From positions 308,414 to 372,413 of the forward strand of contig JBAZIU010000001.1 in assembly GCA_041651685.1 (NCBI GenBank): a DNA stretch of 64,000 bases, given 5' to 3'. Origin of the DNA: Minisyncoccota bacterium (lineage in GTDB: Bacteria > Patescibacteriota > Minisyncoccia > Minisyncoccales > Minisyncoccaceae). Made by a program: the position numbers and the translations under genes. The notes beneath the pieces were generated by a model. It saw only the letters and a list, made by a program, of their open reading frames with translations, did not search any database and was not told the DNA's origin. This document shows positions 32,610 through 42,113 of this stretch, in pieces (positions within the stretch are counted from its first letter, which is position 1; every line of letters begins with the position of its first letter).

Positions 32610-34442
32610 ATGAAAAAGAGCCCTATCTCAGGTCTCCTTAAGAATATCTTTTTAGTTATTATCGTTTTTTTGGTCCTCGGACTGGCTTTCGGCATGTTCA
32701 ATGTTCCCAAAGAATCAATCAATAGCATTTCTATCACTCAATTGGCTCAGGATGTTAACGACGGAAAGGTCAAGGAGATTAAGATATTGAACAATGATAT
32801 TTCAATTGAGTATATTGATGGAGCCAAAGCCGAGAGCAAAAAGGAAACAGGGGATACCTTGGGTGCTGCCTTGCTTGATTATGGAGCCAACCAGGAAAGC
32901 ATTAAAAAAGTGTCTTTTGTTTTCAACGAGCCGGATACTTCTTGGGACTGGGTGGGAACCTTTTTATTGATGGTTATTTTCCCTTTGGTTTTAATGGGAG
33001 TGTTTTTCTTTATGATTTTCAGAAATGCCAAAGCCGGAGCAGCCCAAAGTTTTGATTTTACCAAAGCTAAAGCAACATTGTTCGGAGCCGAAGGCCATCC
33101 CAAAGAAAAGATTACTTTTAAAGATGTCGCCGGATTAAAGGAAGAAAAGCAGGAATTGGAAGAAATAGTTGATTTCTTGAAGAATCCTCAGAAGTATTTG
33201 AAAATGGGAGCGAGAATCCCCAAGGGAGTGTTATTGGTTGGTCCGGCCGGGTGCGGCAAGACATTATTGGCCAGAGCGGTGGCAGGGGAGAGCAATGTTC
33301 CTTTCTTTTCCGTGGCCGGATCTTCTTTCGTTGAAATGTTCGTTGGAGTCGGTTCGGGCAGAGTGAGAAGCTTATTCACCGCCGCCAAGAAACAGCAGCC
33401 CTGTTTGGTCTTTATCGATGAACTGGACAGTATTGGAAAAGCCAGGGGTCCGGCTATAACCGGAGGGCATGAAGAAAGGGAGCAGACCTTGAATCAATTG
33501 TTGACCGAAATGGATGGATTCGAGAAGAACGACAAAATAATTGTTTTGGCTGCCACCAACAGGCCCGATGTTTTAGACCCTGCTTTATTAAGGCCGGGCA
33601 GATTTGATCGAAAAGTTGTCATTAATCTTCCTGATATAAAAGAGAGAGAAGAGATATTGCAGATACACTCAAGAGGGAAGCCTTTGTCTGTAAATATTAA
33701 ATTAAGAGAAGTGGCGGAAAGAACCCCCGGATTTTCCGGAGCCGACTTGGAAAATGTTTTTAATGAAGCGGCGATATTGGCAGCCAAAAAGAATGTCAAA
33801 GAAGTGGTTCAGCAGGATTTGCTTGATTCAATCGAAAAGGTTTTATTGGGACCGGAAAGAAGAAGCCATATCATGACTGACAAAGAAAAAGAAATCACCG
33901 CCTATCACGAAGCTGGACATGCTTTGATTGCAGCCAAGATTTCTCACGCCGAACCGGTGAGGAAGATTTCCATTATTTCCAGAGGTATGGCTGCCGGGTA
34001 CACTTTAAAAGTTCAAAAGGAGGAAAGAATGCTCCGAACTAAGAAAGAATTCGAAGCCGAATTGGCCGTTCTTTTGGGCGGCTATTGTTCCGAGAAAATG
34101 ATATTCGGAGATATGACTACCGGAGCTTCCGACGATTTGAATAAATGTTCACAATTGGCCAGAAGTATTGTTAAGAAATACGGAATGTCTTCTTTGGGTC
34201 CGATTGTGTTCGGAGATAGGAGCAGAGAGATATTCTTGGATTCAGAAAGCGAGAGCAAGAATTATTCCGAGGGAGTGGCGGTAAAGATTGATAATGAGGT
34301 GGAGAAGATAATATTAGAAGCACAGAAAGAAGCTGAGAAAATATTGAAAGAGAATAAAGATTTGTTGGCCAAGATTGCGAAGACTCTGATTGAGAAGGAA
34401 ACAATCGAAAGAGAGGAATTTGAGGAGTTGATAGGGAAGTAA
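32610..34442 (+). CDS. ftsH: ATP-dependent zinc metalloprotease FtsH
   Basis: 610 aa; two TM helices, [29 protein letters not shown] zinc motif. Confidence 0.95.
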   Translation: MKKSPISGLLKNIFLVIIVFLVLGLAFGMFNVPKESINSISITQLAQDVNDGKVKEIKILNNDISIEYIDGAKAESKKETGDTLGAALLDYGANQESIKKVSFVFNEPDTSWDWVGTFLLMVIFPLVLMGVFFFMIFRNAKAGAAQSFDFTKAKATLFGAEGHPKEKITFKDVAGLKEEKQELEEIVDFLKNPQKYLKMGARIPKGVLLVGPAGCGKTLLARAVAGESNVPFFSVAGSSFVEMFVGVGSGRVRSLFTAAKKQQPCLVFIDELDSIGKARGPAITGGHEEREQTLNQLLTEMDGFEKNDKIIVLAATNRPDVLDPALLRPGRFDRKVVINLPDIKEREEILQIHSRGKPLSVNIKLREVAERTPGFSGADLENVFNEAAILAAKKNVKEVVQQDLLDSIEKVLLGPERRSHIMTDKEKEITAYHEAGHALIAAKISHAEPVRKISIISRGMAAGYTLKVQKEERMLRTKKEFEAELAVLLGGYCSEKMIFGDMTTGASDDLNKCSQLARSIVKKYGMSSLGPIVFGDRSREIFLDSESESKNYSEGVAVKIDNEVEKIILEAQKEAEKILKENKDLLAKIAKTLIEKETIEREEFEELIGK

Positions 34443-34447
34443 CTCCT

Positions 34448-34522
34448 GCGCGTGTAGCTCAGTTGGTTAGAGCGACCGACTTATAATCGGTAGGTTCGAT
34501 GGTTCGAGTCCATCCACGCGCA
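34448..34522 (+). tRNA. tRNA-Ile (anticodon TAT)
   Basis: Acceptor GCGCGTG/CACGCGC, anticodon stem ACCGA/TCGGT with loop CTTATAA, T arm GATGG-TTCGAGT-CCATC. My fold needs a 6-nt variable region (one extra nt). Confidence 0.75.
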
Positions 34523-34561
34523 CAATAGACAAATCAATCGTTTTCTGGTAGTTTATTTTTG

Positions 34562-34590
34562 TTGACTAAAAGCCCCAAATCACCTATTAT
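34562..34590 (+). promoter_or_regulatory. Sigma70-type promoter candidate (TTGACT-17-TATTAT) ahead of tRNA-Val/rplS
   Basis: TTGACT 34562-34567, 17-nt spacer, TATTAT 34585-34590. Confidence 0.55.
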
Positions 34591-34613
34591 AAAAAAGAGC
34601 TCTTCCACAAAAG

Positions 34614-34687
34614 GGGCGTATAGCTCAGTTGGTTAGAGCGTTACGTTGACATCGTAAAGGCCCCCTGTTCGAGTCAGGGTACGCCCA
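34614..34687 (+). tRNA. tRNA-Val (anticodon GAC)
   Basis: Acceptor GGGCGTA/TACGCCC, anticodon stem TTACG/CGTAA with loop TTGACAT, T arm CCCTG-TTCGAGT-CAGGG. Confidence 0.9.
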
Positions 34688-34715
34688 CAGTTTGAGTAAT
34701 AAAGATAATAAACAT

Positions 34716-35168
34716 ATGGCAGAAGAAATAAAAAAAGAAGAAAATGCCGCCGAAGTTGTTGAAACTGAAGTTGCAGAAGTAAAAGAACCCGTCGAAGAGA
34801 AGGGGATTATTGAAGCTAATTTGAAAGATGGCTTGCCTGATATCAAACCGGGAGATATGGTCAAAGTTCACCAGAAGGTTAAAGATATATCGGCTAAAGA
34901 TAAAAAAGTCAAAGAAAGAATTCAGATTTTTGAAGGGCAGGTTTTGGCCAGAAAGCACGGCAAAGGAGTTTCCGCTACAATTACCGTCAGAAAAGTTGTT
35001 GATGGAATCGGAGTGGAAAAGATTTTCCCGATTCATTCTCCTTCAATTGAAAAAATAGAAATTGTCAGAAGCGGAAAGACAAGAAGAAGTAAGCTGTATT
35101 ATTTGAGAACCGCCAAAGGAAGAAAGGCGAAGTTAAAAACAAGAGAAGGAAAAGAAGCGGCAGAGTAG
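34716..35168 (+). CDS. rplS: 50S ribosomal protein L19 (acidic N-terminal extension)
   Basis: IKPGDMVKVHQKVKD...RIQIFEGQVLARKHGKGVSATITVRKV.DGIGVEKIFPIHSPSIEKIEIV. ATG 34716 preferred over the TTG at 34692. Confidence 0.9.
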   Translation: MAEEIKKEENAAEVVETEVAEVKEPVEEKGIIEANLKDGLPDIKPGDMVKVHQKVKDISAKDKKVKERIQIFEGQVLARKHGKGVSATITVRKVVDGIGVEKIFPIHSPSIEKIEIVRSGKTRRSKLYYLRTAKGRKAKLKTREGKEAAE

Positions 35169-35251
35169 GGCGAGTGATGAAATTGGCAGACATCTATGCT
35201 TGAGGTGCATAGGGGATTATTCCCGTGCGGGTTCAAGTCCCGCCCCGCCCA
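35168..35251 (+). tRNA. tRNA-Leu (anticodon GAG), long variable arm
   Basis: Acceptor GGGCGAG/CCCGCCC (one A-C mismatch), anticodon stem TATGC/GCATA with loop TTGAGGT, T arm GCGGG-TTCAAGT-CCCGC. Confidence 0.8.
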
Positions 35252-35265
35252 CATAGATGCAGCAC

Positions 35266-35338
35266 GGGCGATTAGCTCAATTGGTAGAGCACTTCGTTTA
35301 CACCGAAGGGGTTAGAGGTTCGAGTCCTCTATCGCCCA
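35266..35338 (+). tRNA. tRNA-Val (anticodon TAC)
   Basis: Acceptor GGGCGAT/ATCGCCC, anticodon stem CTTCG/CGAAG with loop TTTACAC, T arm AGAGG-TTCGAGT-CCTCT. Confidence 0.9.
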
Positions 35339-35344
35339 CAGGAC

Positions 35345-35417
35345 GCCGAGGTAGCCAAGTCGGTCACGGCGAATGTCTGAAAAACATTAGATTCCGGTTC
35401 GATTCCGGACCTCGGCA
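35345..35417 (+). tRNA. tRNA-Phe (anticodon GAA)
   Basis: Acceptor GCCGAGG/CCTCGGC, anticodon stem AATGT/ACATT with loop CTGAAAA, T arm TCCGG-TTCGATT-CCGGA. Confidence 0.9.
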
Positions 35418-35431
35418 CAGATAAGAATCGC

Positions 35432-35505
35432 GCGGGTGTAGTACAATGGTAGTACGTATGCTTGCCAAGCATAATACGGCGGTTCGATTCCGCTCACCCG
35501 CTCCA
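35432..35505 (+). tRNA. tRNA-Gly (anticodon GCC), CCA encoded
   Basis: Acceptor GCGGGTG/CACCCGC, anticodon stem TATGC/GCATA with loop TTGCCAA, T arm GGCGG-TTCGATT-CCGCT, 3' TCCA. Confidence 0.9.
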
Positions 35506-35521
35506 TAATTATTTAAAAAGT

Positions 35522-36130
35522 ATGAAAATAACCTGGTGTGGAGATTCTTGTTTCGAAATAGCGAGTGTTTCCAAGGACAAAGATAATGTCTTGACTGTTG
35601 TCGACCCGATTGGAAAAAAGTCCAATAAAGCCGATATCATACTTGAAACTCATCCCGAGAAGAGCGGATTTGAGACGGACGAACAGTTCGTTATTTCTTC
35701 TTGCGGAGAATATGAAAGAAAGGGAGTTTTCATTCAGGGAATAGATTCTTTCCAGCCGGACAAGAAATCAAAAAATATTATCTATGCAATCGAAGTTGAA
35801 GATGTGAGAATTGTTCATTTGGGTTATTTCGGGGAAGGGGACATCTCGGAAAAGCAATTGGAAGAAATGGGCAATGTTGATATTTTGATTGTTCCGGTTG
35901 ACGGAGACAAAACCGTCAGCTATGCCGAAGCGGCCAAGATTGTCTCCCGCATTGAACCTGCAATAGTCATTCCGATGTGCTATGATGGTAAAAAGAAGGA
36001 CAAGGGATTGGCACCTTTCTTGAAAGCACTGGGACAGAAAGATGTTATTCCTCAGGATAAATTAAGCATACAAAAGAAAAACATTTCTGTGGGAGAAAAA
36101 GCGGAAATAGTAATATTAGAGGAAAAGTAA
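35522..36130 (+). CDS. MBL-fold (UPF0173-like) hydrolase-like protein
   Basis: Start trimmed to ATG 35522 (the longer ORF overlaps tRNA-Gly). [13 protein letters not shown]...VDP...[10 protein letters not shown] pattern; the metal-binding His motif looks degenerate. Confidence 0.5.
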   Translation: MKITWCGDSCFEIASVSKDKDNVLTVVDPIGKKSNKADIILETHPEKSGFETDEQFVISSCGEYERKGVFIQGIDSFQPDKKSKNIIYAIEVEDVRIVHLGYFGEGDISEKQLEEMGNVDILIVPVDGDKTVSYAEAAKIVSRIEPAIVIPMCYDGKKKDKGLAPFLKALGQKDVIPQDKLSIQKKNISVGEKAEIVILEEK

Positions 36131-36131
36131 A

Positions 36132-38615
36132 ATGGCAAAAAAAGAAGAAAAAGAAATTCAGGTCATCGGCAGCGTTGAAGAAAGAGAGATTTCTTCGGAG
36201 ATGAAGGAGAGCTATATCGACTACGCCATGTCGGTTATCGTCTCAAGAGCCCTTCCCGATGTGCGAGATGGATTAAAGCCGGTGCAGAGGAGGATTTTGT
36301 ATGCCATGTATGATATGGGCGTGAGAAGCGACGCCAAATTCAGAAAATCAGCAGCCGTTACCGGAGAAGTTTTGGGAAAATACCATCCGCACGGAGACAG
36401 TTCCGTCTACGGAGCTTTGGTCAGAATGGCTCAGGATTTTTCTTTGCGATACCCCTTGGTTAAAGGTCAAGGAAATTTTGGATCGATTGAGGGAGATCCG
36501 CCCGCCGCTCAAAGATATACCGAATGCAAATTGTCGAAGGCCGGAGAAGAGTTGTTGAAAGATATTGACCGGGATACGGTTTCATGGACCGACAACTATG
36601 ATGCGACCAGAAAAGAACCGGCCGTTTTGCCGTCTCCTTTGCCCAATTTATTATTAAACGGTTCTACCGGTATTGCCGTTGGTATGGCTACCAATATTCC
36701 TCCCCACAATTTAAAGGAGGTTTGCGAAGCCTTGATTCATTTGATTGACAATCCTAAGGCGGAAACAGAAGATTTGTTCCAATTCATCAAGGGACCGGAT
36801 TTTCCGACCAGCGGAATAATCTACAACAAAAAAGATATTTTATCGGCCTATTCCCAAGGCAAGGGATCATTTTTGACCAGAGGAAAAGTTGAGGTGGTTG
36901 AAAAAGAAAAAGGATATCAATTGATTGTTTCCGAAATTCCTTATCAGGTGGATAAATCGGCCTTGATTATTCAAATGGCCAATTTGGTTCAGACCAAGAG
37001 ATTGGAAGGGGTGAGAGATATCAGAGACGAATCGGACAAGGAGGGAATGAGGATTGCAGTTGATTTGCAGAGAGGAGTCGCCCCTAAGAAAGTATTGAAT
37101 ATCTTATACAAATACACCGATATCCAGAAGACATATCACTTGAATATGTTGGCTTTGGTTAACGGAATCGAGCCGAGAGTGTTGTCCTTGAAAGATGTTT
37201 TGGAATTATACTTGGTTCACAAGCAGGAAGTCGTTGTCAGAAGAACCAAGTTTGATTTGGAGAAAGCCAAAGAAAGAGCCCATATTTTGGAAGGTATTTC
37301 CAAGGCATTGGATAATGTTGATGCGGTGATTAAGACGATAAGAGCTTCGAAAGATAAAGAAGATGCCAAAGTCAATCTAGTCAAGAAATTCAAATTGACC
37401 ATAATTCAGGCCGAAGCGGTCGTCGAAATCAGATTGCACCAATTAGCCAAATTGGAAAAACAAAAGATTGAAGACGAACTGGCTGAAATAATGAAGCAGA
37501 TAAAATTCTTAACTAAGATTTTAGATAGCAAAGCTGAACAGAAGAAAGTGATGAAAGCGGAGATAGAGAAAGAAGTTGAACTGTACGGAGACGAGAGAAG
37601 GACCGTGGTCATGGCTCATTCACCGGAAACAATTTCCGAAGAAGATTTGGTTCCTTTGGAAGACACTATCGTTACCTTGACTTCCGGCGGATACATTAAG
37701 AGAATCAATCCTTCCGAATATAAGAAGCAGAACAGGGGAGGACAGGGCATGCTCGGAATGAAAACTATGGAAGATGACGAAGTCTATCATTTCTTCACCG
37801 CCAAGACCCACGATTCATTATTCTTCTTTACCGATTCCGGAAAAGTATTCCAGACCAAGGTCTACGAAGTTCCGGAAGGACAGAGAGCTAATCGAGGCAG
37901 GGGACTGATGAACTTCCTTGAGATTTCAACTTCGGATAAAGTTTTGTCGGTTTTGAACTTGGACAAAAAGGACAAAGAAGATAAGATAAACTCCTTGGTT
38001 ATGGTTACCAAAAAAGGAGTAATCAAAAAGACTCCCTTGAAAGATTTTGAAAATGTAAGAAAGGGAGGATTGATTGCCATCAAATTGAAACCCGATGATT
38101 CTTTGTGCAATGTCAGAAAGATTGGCGACGGGGATGAGGTGATTATTGCCACCAAGAACGGACAATCAATTCGTTTTTCCGAAAAAGAGGTCAGGCCGAT
38201 GGGCCGACCGGCTTCGGGCATCCGCGGAATCAAATTAAAGAAGGGAGACGAGGTTATCGGAATGGAAGTCATTAAAAAAGAAAGACTTAAAGAAAAAGAT
38301 TATTTATTGGTTTTGACCGATAACGGCTTCGGCAAGAGGACGTTATCTTCGGAATATAAGACTCAGGGTAGGGGTGGCTCAGGCGTCAGAATAGCCCATA
38401 TTACCTCTAAAACAGGCCAATTGGCGAAGATTGAGGTCATTACCGATAAAGAGGACCTGATTGTCATTTCTCAGAAAGGACAGGTTATCAGGACTAAGAT
38501 TTCCAGCATTCCCAAGCTGGGCAGAGACACCCAGGGAGTGAAGATTATGAAGATGAAGCCAGGAGACAAGGTGGCTTCGGCAACCTGTTTGACCGAGAAA
38601 GAAGAGGCCGAGTAA
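36132..38615 (+). CDS. gyrA: DNA gyrase subunit A
   Basis: 827 aa; [31 protein letters not shown] (active-site Tyr), [10 protein letters not shown]-terminal beta-pinwheel repeats. No gyrB adjacent. Confidence 0.95.
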   Translation: MAKKEEKEIQVIGSVEEREISSEMKESYIDYAMSVIVSRALPDVRDGLKPVQRRILYAMYDMGVRSDAKFRKSAAVTGEVLGKYHPHGDSSVYGALVRMAQDFSLRYPLVKGQGNFGSIEGDPPAAQRYTECKLSKAGEELLKDIDRDTVSWTDNYDATRKEPAVLPSPLPNLLLNGSTGIAVGMATNIPPHNLKEVCEALIHLIDNPKAETEDLFQFIKGPDFPTSGIIYNKKDILSAYSQGKGSFLTRGKVEVVEKEKGYQLIVSEIPYQVDKSALIIQMANLVQTKRLEGVRDIRDESDKEGMRIAVDLQRGVAPKKVLNILYKYTDIQKTYHLNMLALVNGIEPRVLSLKDVLELYLVHKQEVVVRRTKFDLEKAKERAHILEGISKALDNVDAVIKTIRASKDKEDAKVNLVKKFKLTIIQAEAVVEIRLHQLAKLEKQKIEDELAEIMKQIKFLTKILDSKAEQKKVMKAEIEKEVELYGDERRTVVMAHSPETISEEDLVPLEDTIVTLTSGGYIKRINPSEYKKQNRGGQGMLGMKTMEDDEVYHFFTAKTHDSLFFFTDSGKVFQTKVYEVPEGQRANRGRGLMNFLEISTSDKVLSVLNLDKKDKEDKINSLVMVTKKGVIKKTPLKDFENVRKGGLIAIKLKPDDSLCNVRKIGDGDEVIIATKNGQSIRFSEKEVRPMGRPASGIRGIKLKKGDEVIGMEVIKKERLKEKDYLLVLTDNGFGKRTLSSEYKTQGRGGSGVRIAHITSKTGQLAKIEVITDKEDLIVISQKGQVIRTKISSIPKLGRDTQGVKIMKMKPGDKVASATCLTEKEEAE

Positions 38616-38652
38616 TTTACATTTCTTAAATTATCTTATACAATATTCTTAT

Positions 38653-39174
38653 ATGAACGAAGGGTTCTTAAATCCCCAACAGATTCTTAAGAATATTCCG
38701 TTGAAGGAAGACATGATTGCCTGTGATTTCGGTTCGGGCTCGGGAGGATGGGCGATTCCCTTGGCCCACGAACTCAAGGCCGGAATGGTCTATGCCATCG
38801 ATGTTTTGGAAAGTGCAGTTTCCGCTTTAGATGGAAAGATTTCCGCCCAGCAGTTATTTAACATTAAAACGATATCGGGTGACATAGAAAAGGGAGTGAA
38901 GATAAAAGACGGGTATTTTGATTTAATATTAATGACCAACCTCTTGTTTCAAGTTGAGAACAGAGATTTTGTCATGCAGGAAGCGAAGAGAGTTTTAAAG
39001 CCGAACGGAATGGTTTTGATTATCGACTGGAAGAAAGATGCTCCGGTCGGTTCTAAAGAGGGAAGACTGTCCATTGAAGAGGCTGTTTTGTTGGGAGAGA
39101 AAAACGGATTCAAAAAAGAGAAAGAAATTGGTTCGGGTAATTTTCATTGGGGTTTATTATTAAGAAAAATATGA
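38653..39174 (+). CDS. Class I SAM-dependent methyltransferase
   Basis: 173 aa; ACDFGSGSGGWAIPLA motif I; ends in TGA overlapping the next ATG (ATGA). Confidence 0.75.
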   Translation: MNEGFLNPQQILKNIPLKEDMIACDFGSGSGGWAIPLAHELKAGMVYAIDVLESAVSALDGKISAQQLFNIKTISGDIEKGVKIKDGYFDLILMTNLLFQVENRDFVMQEAKRVLKPNGMVLIIDWKKDAPVGSKEGRLSIEEAVLLGEKNGFKKEKEIGSGNFHWGLLLRKI

Positions 39175-40004
39175 AAAAAATATTTATTCTATGTGCGTTA
39201 TCTATAATTTTTTCGGTCGTTTTGCCATTATCAGCAATGGCAGAATCATGTCCTGGTGGTAAATGGGAAGATAACATAACGTCAGATGGTCGTAATTTAG
39301 GAAAATGCGTTTGTTATGTTGCGAGTGAAACATACCCTAATTGTAGTGGTAGTTGTACTAATGGCAGAGTCCTTTCTGCAGGAGAATGTGTTTGTCCTCA
39401 AGCTAACCAATATTGGAATGGAAGTTCTTGTGTTGTTACAACCCATACTGATGCTACAACTAGGAATAATTGCAGTGCTATTGTTTGCGAAGCTCTTTCT
39501 TATTGTAGCGGAAGCAACTGTCAGGGCAGTACAGATAGAGAACAAGGATATTATAGCGATTCTTTAGGCAAGTGCGTTTGTCCTACAGGATACTATAGTA
39601 ACGAAGCTCCGACTGTAGGTGGATCTAGTAGTGGCTCCGGTGTTACTTCTGGTTCAACAGGGAGTGGCTCATCAACTATATCCAGTACTTATACCCCAGG
39701 AAATGTTGGGGGAGGTTCACTTAGCTTACCAACAGTGACCAGCACGGGAGTTTTAACCAATCCCATTACTTCGGGAAGCTTTGCCGATTTACTTAACAGG
39801 ATAATTGATTGGATTTTGAATATCGCTTTGGTCTTGGCTCCATTGGTTATTGTCTACGGAGGGTTCATTTATATGACTGCGGCAGGGGATACCGGTAAGG
39901 TTACCCAAGGAAAGAATATCGTCCTTTATGCCGTCATCGGATTCATTGTGGCGCTTCTGGCCAAGTCCCTTATTGGCATTTTTACAGATTTAGTGGTAAA
40001 ATAG
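39171..40004 (+). CDS. Secreted Cys-rich protein with a C-terminal TrbC/VirB2-like (T4SS-pilin-like) hairpin
   Basis: Start trimmed to ATG 39171 (MKKIFILCALSIIFSVVLPLSAMA). ~20 Cys in C-x-C / C-x3-C patterns, Ser/Gly linker, then LAPLVIVYGGFIYMTAAGDTGKVTQGKNIVLYAVIGFIVALLAKSLI. Confidence 0.65.
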   Translation: MKKIFILCALSIIFSVVLPLSAMAESCPGGKWEDNITSDGRNLGKCVCYVASETYPNCSGSCTNGRVLSAGECVCPQANQYWNGSSCVVTTHTDATTRNNCSAIVCEALSYCSGSNCQGSTDREQGYYSDSLGKCVCPTGYYSNEAPTVGGSSSGSGVTSGSTGSGSSTISSTYTPGNVGGGSLSLPTVTSTGVLTNPITSGSFADLLNRIIDWILNIALVLAPLVIVYGGFIYMTAAGDTGKVTQGKNIVLYAVIGFIVALLAKSLIGIFTDLVVK

Positions 40005-40027
40005 TTTTAAATTAAAATAACAAAAAT

Positions 40028-40360
40028 ATGAAAAAGCAAACACTAATTCTTATCTGTCTCTGGGTAGCCGTGTTGTTTGTCCCGTTTATGTCTTTGGCTG
40101 ATGTTGTTGATTACGATGAAGATAACGCCATTGCGCAGACGATAACCAACATTACCAAGTGGGTTACTAATATATGTCTGGGCATAGCCATTCTGATGTA
40201 TGTTATCGGAGGATATTTCTGGGTGATTGATAATGGTAACTTGGAAAGCGTTAAGATGGCCAAGAATATCATTCTGTCGGCAACAATCGGATTGGCCATC
40301 ATCTTAATCGCCAACAGCCTAGTCAGCGTAGTAAAGACATTAGTTGTAACAAATGATTAA
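40028..40360 (+). CDS. TrbC/VirB2-like (T4SS-pilin-like) protein
   Basis: 110 aa; signal peptide, then ILMYVIGGYFWVIDNGNLESVKMAKNIILSATIGLAIILIANSLV. Confidence 0.6.
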   Translation: MKKQTLILICLWVAVLFVPFMSLADVVDYDEDNAIAQTITNITKWVTNICLGIAILMYVIGGYFWVIDNGNLESVKMAKNIILSATIGLAIILIANSLVSVVKTLVVTND

Positions 40361-40394
40361 TAACCATATAAAGGTCGGATAATAATTAACAAAC

Positions 40395-40832
40395 ATGACT
40401 ATGAAGAAAAAAATATTAGCCTTGATTGCCTGCGCAATAGTATTATCGTTTATCGGAACAGGCTATGTTGCCGCTGCAGAAGACAATTTGGATGGTTGCA
40501 GAATTACAAGAACAAGCAGATTGCCCACCACATTGGACTGTGAGACAACGTCAAGCAATGGAACGCTTTACTGTTATTATGATGACGGAGATTGCGGAAT
40601 GTGCTGCTTATTGAACGGAATCTACAACATTACCGATTGGGTATTCGTTGTTTTGATGGCTATTTCATCACTAATGATTATTTGGGGTGCTGTATTATTC
40701 ACCACTTCTTCGGGAGACCCGAAAAAGACAGGCAACGCAAGACAGCTCATCATCTATGCCGCAGTTGGTATTGCCGTAGCTCTATTTTCAAGAGCGGTTC
40801 CTCCGGCAGTCAAGATGATCATCGGAGCTTAA
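40395..40832 (+). CDS. TrbC/VirB2-like (T4SS-pilin-like) protein with a Cys-rich ectodomain
   Basis: 145 aa; signal peptide, 7 Cys, then LMIIWGAVLFTTSSGDPKKTGNARQLIIYAAVGIAVALFSRAV. Confidence 0.65.
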   Translation: MTMKKKILALIACAIVLSFIGTGYVAAAEDNLDGCRITRTSRLPTTLDCETTSSNGTLYCYYDDGDCGMCCLLNGIYNITDWVFVVLMAISSLMIIWGAVLFTTSSGDPKKTGNARQLIIYAAVGIAVALFSRAVPPAVKMIIGA

Positions 40833-40848
40833 TATGTTTGAATATTGA

Positions 40849-40887
40849 CACCCACTTGTTTTTGTTATACAAAGTGGGTGTTTTATT
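40849..40887 (+). terminator. Rho-independent terminator after the pilin-like trio
   Basis: CACCCACTT / AAGTGGGTG 9-bp stem, 14-nt loop, TTTTATT. Confidence 0.6.
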
Positions 40888-40970
40888 GCCGAGGTGGCGG
40901 AACTGGCAGACGCGTATGCCTTAGGAGCATATGCCCTTGTGGTGTGAGGGTTCAAATCCCTCCCTCGGCA
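40888..40970 (+). tRNA. tRNA-Leu (anticodon TAG), long variable arm
   Basis: Acceptor GCCGAGG/CCTCGGC, anticodon stem TATGC/GCATA with loop CTTAGGA, T arm GAGGG-TTCAAAT-CCCTC. Confidence 0.9.
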
Positions 40971-40982
40971 CTCATTTAAAAA

Positions 40983-41004
40983 CTGCCCCTTGTGGGGCAG
41001 TTTT
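40983..41004. terminator. Bidirectional terminator between tRNA-Leu (+) and hsp20 (-)
   Basis: CTGCCCC-ttgt-GGGGCAG flanked by an A-run and a T-run. Confidence 0.7.
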
Positions 41005-41005
41005 G

Positions 41006-41386
41006 TTATTCAACTTCTATTTTTTTGTTTTTGGCTCTTTCTATCTTCGGCATCCTCACTGTCAGTATCCCGTCTTTGACTTTGGCATCTATTTTTGAGG
41101 TATCTATTTCTCGGGGAAGAATTATCTCTTTAGAAAACGGTCCCCAGTAGCACTCTTTGAGAAAGTATCTTTTGTCTTTTTCTTTGCTCGGGTCTTCTCT
41201 CTCTCCTTTGATAACCAAAATATCGTTATCAAGGGCAACGTCAATTTGTTCGCTTTTGATTCCGGCGATGGCTGATTGAACAATCAGTTCTTTGTCGGTT
41301 TCGTAGACGTCGACAACCAATTGGCCGTGCGGAGCGTCCCATCTTTTTTCTTCTTTTGGTTCGATATTTTCTTTTGCTTTTGCCAT
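41006..41386 (-). CDS. Small heat-shock protein (Hsp20/alpha-crystallin family)
   Basis: Start set to ATG 41386 (MAKAKENIEP), just after the prsW stop. LVIKGERE...FSKEIILPREID...DGILTVRMPK. Confidence 0.85.
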   Translation of the reverse strand: MAKAKENIEPKEEKRWDAPHGQLVVDVYETDKELIVQSAIAGIKSEQIDVALDNDILVIKGEREDPSKEKDKRYFLKECYWGPFSKEIILPREIDTSKIDAKVKDGILTVRMPKIERAKNKKIEVE

Positions 41387-41387
41387 A

Positions 41388-42113
41388 TTATATTTTAGAA
41401 ACACTTTTTAATTTTTTAATCTTTTTAAAGGCGAACGACAAACCGATGAAAAGAATGAAAATAATGAAGAATGAGTAGAGGACGGAAGATCCCTCAACTG
41501 TTTCTTTTATTATAGACGGTTCTAAGAAAAAGTTAAAGAGGGCATGGGTCATAATTCCCAGAACGAAGCCGATGAAGATTAAAACGCGTCGCCATTTCAT
41601 ATTGTAGATGGCCAAAGCGATGAAGAGCCCGATTGTTCCCGAAGATAAGGCGTGAAGAAGGGTAGACGAAACAAATCTTCCCAGACCCAAGATCAAAGGA
41701 TCGGATAAAGTTACAAATCCTTGCCCAAAAAAGGCTAAAATGTTTTCCGCGGTGGCGAATCCCAAAGCGGCGATTATCATATATAAAGGGATGTCTATCG
41801 GTTCGTCAATGTGAGAGCTTTTCATGATGGAATATCTGGCGGCTACGTATTTGAACATTTCTTCAACCAGAGCGATAACGAATACGGCTTTAATGATTAG
41901 GTAGGTTTTGGTGGGCAAATTAAGAGTTTGCAATTCTTGCCTGAGGCAGAATTCAAAAATAACAACAGGGATACAGACCAAGAAACCGCAAATGAACACT
42001 TTTATCACTTGTTTTTTTGGCTCGGGCAGAACATCTTTTTTTAAAAAGAAAAAAAGCCAAATCAGTCCGGGAAGAATCGCCAATATTAAATAAAGAAAAA
42101 TATAGTTATCCAT
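41388..42113 (-). CDS. PrsW-family intramembrane metalloprotease
   Basis: 241 aa polytopic protein; LVEEMFKYVAARY (EExxK), FATAENI, LHALSSG blocks. Confidence 0.7.
   Translation of the reverse strand: MDNYIFLYLILAILPGLIWLFFFLKKDVLPEPKKQVIKVFICGFLVCIPVVIFEFCLRQELQTLNLPTKTYLIIKAVFVIALVEEMFKYVAARYSIMKSSHIDEPIDIPLYMIIAALGFATAENILAFFGQGFVTLSDPLILGLGRFVSSTLLHALSSGTIGLFIALAIYNMKWRRVLIFIGFVLGIMTHALFNFFLEPSIIKETVEGSSVLYSFFIIFILFIGLSFAFKKIKKLKSVSKI

Noticed and set aside
39172-39174. Alternative genetic code (UGA recoded, as in some CPR lineages)
   Set aside because: TGA works as a stop here, in a classic ATGA stop-start overlap. All conserved genes in the window are full length under the standard code with no in-frame TGA interruptions that I noticed.
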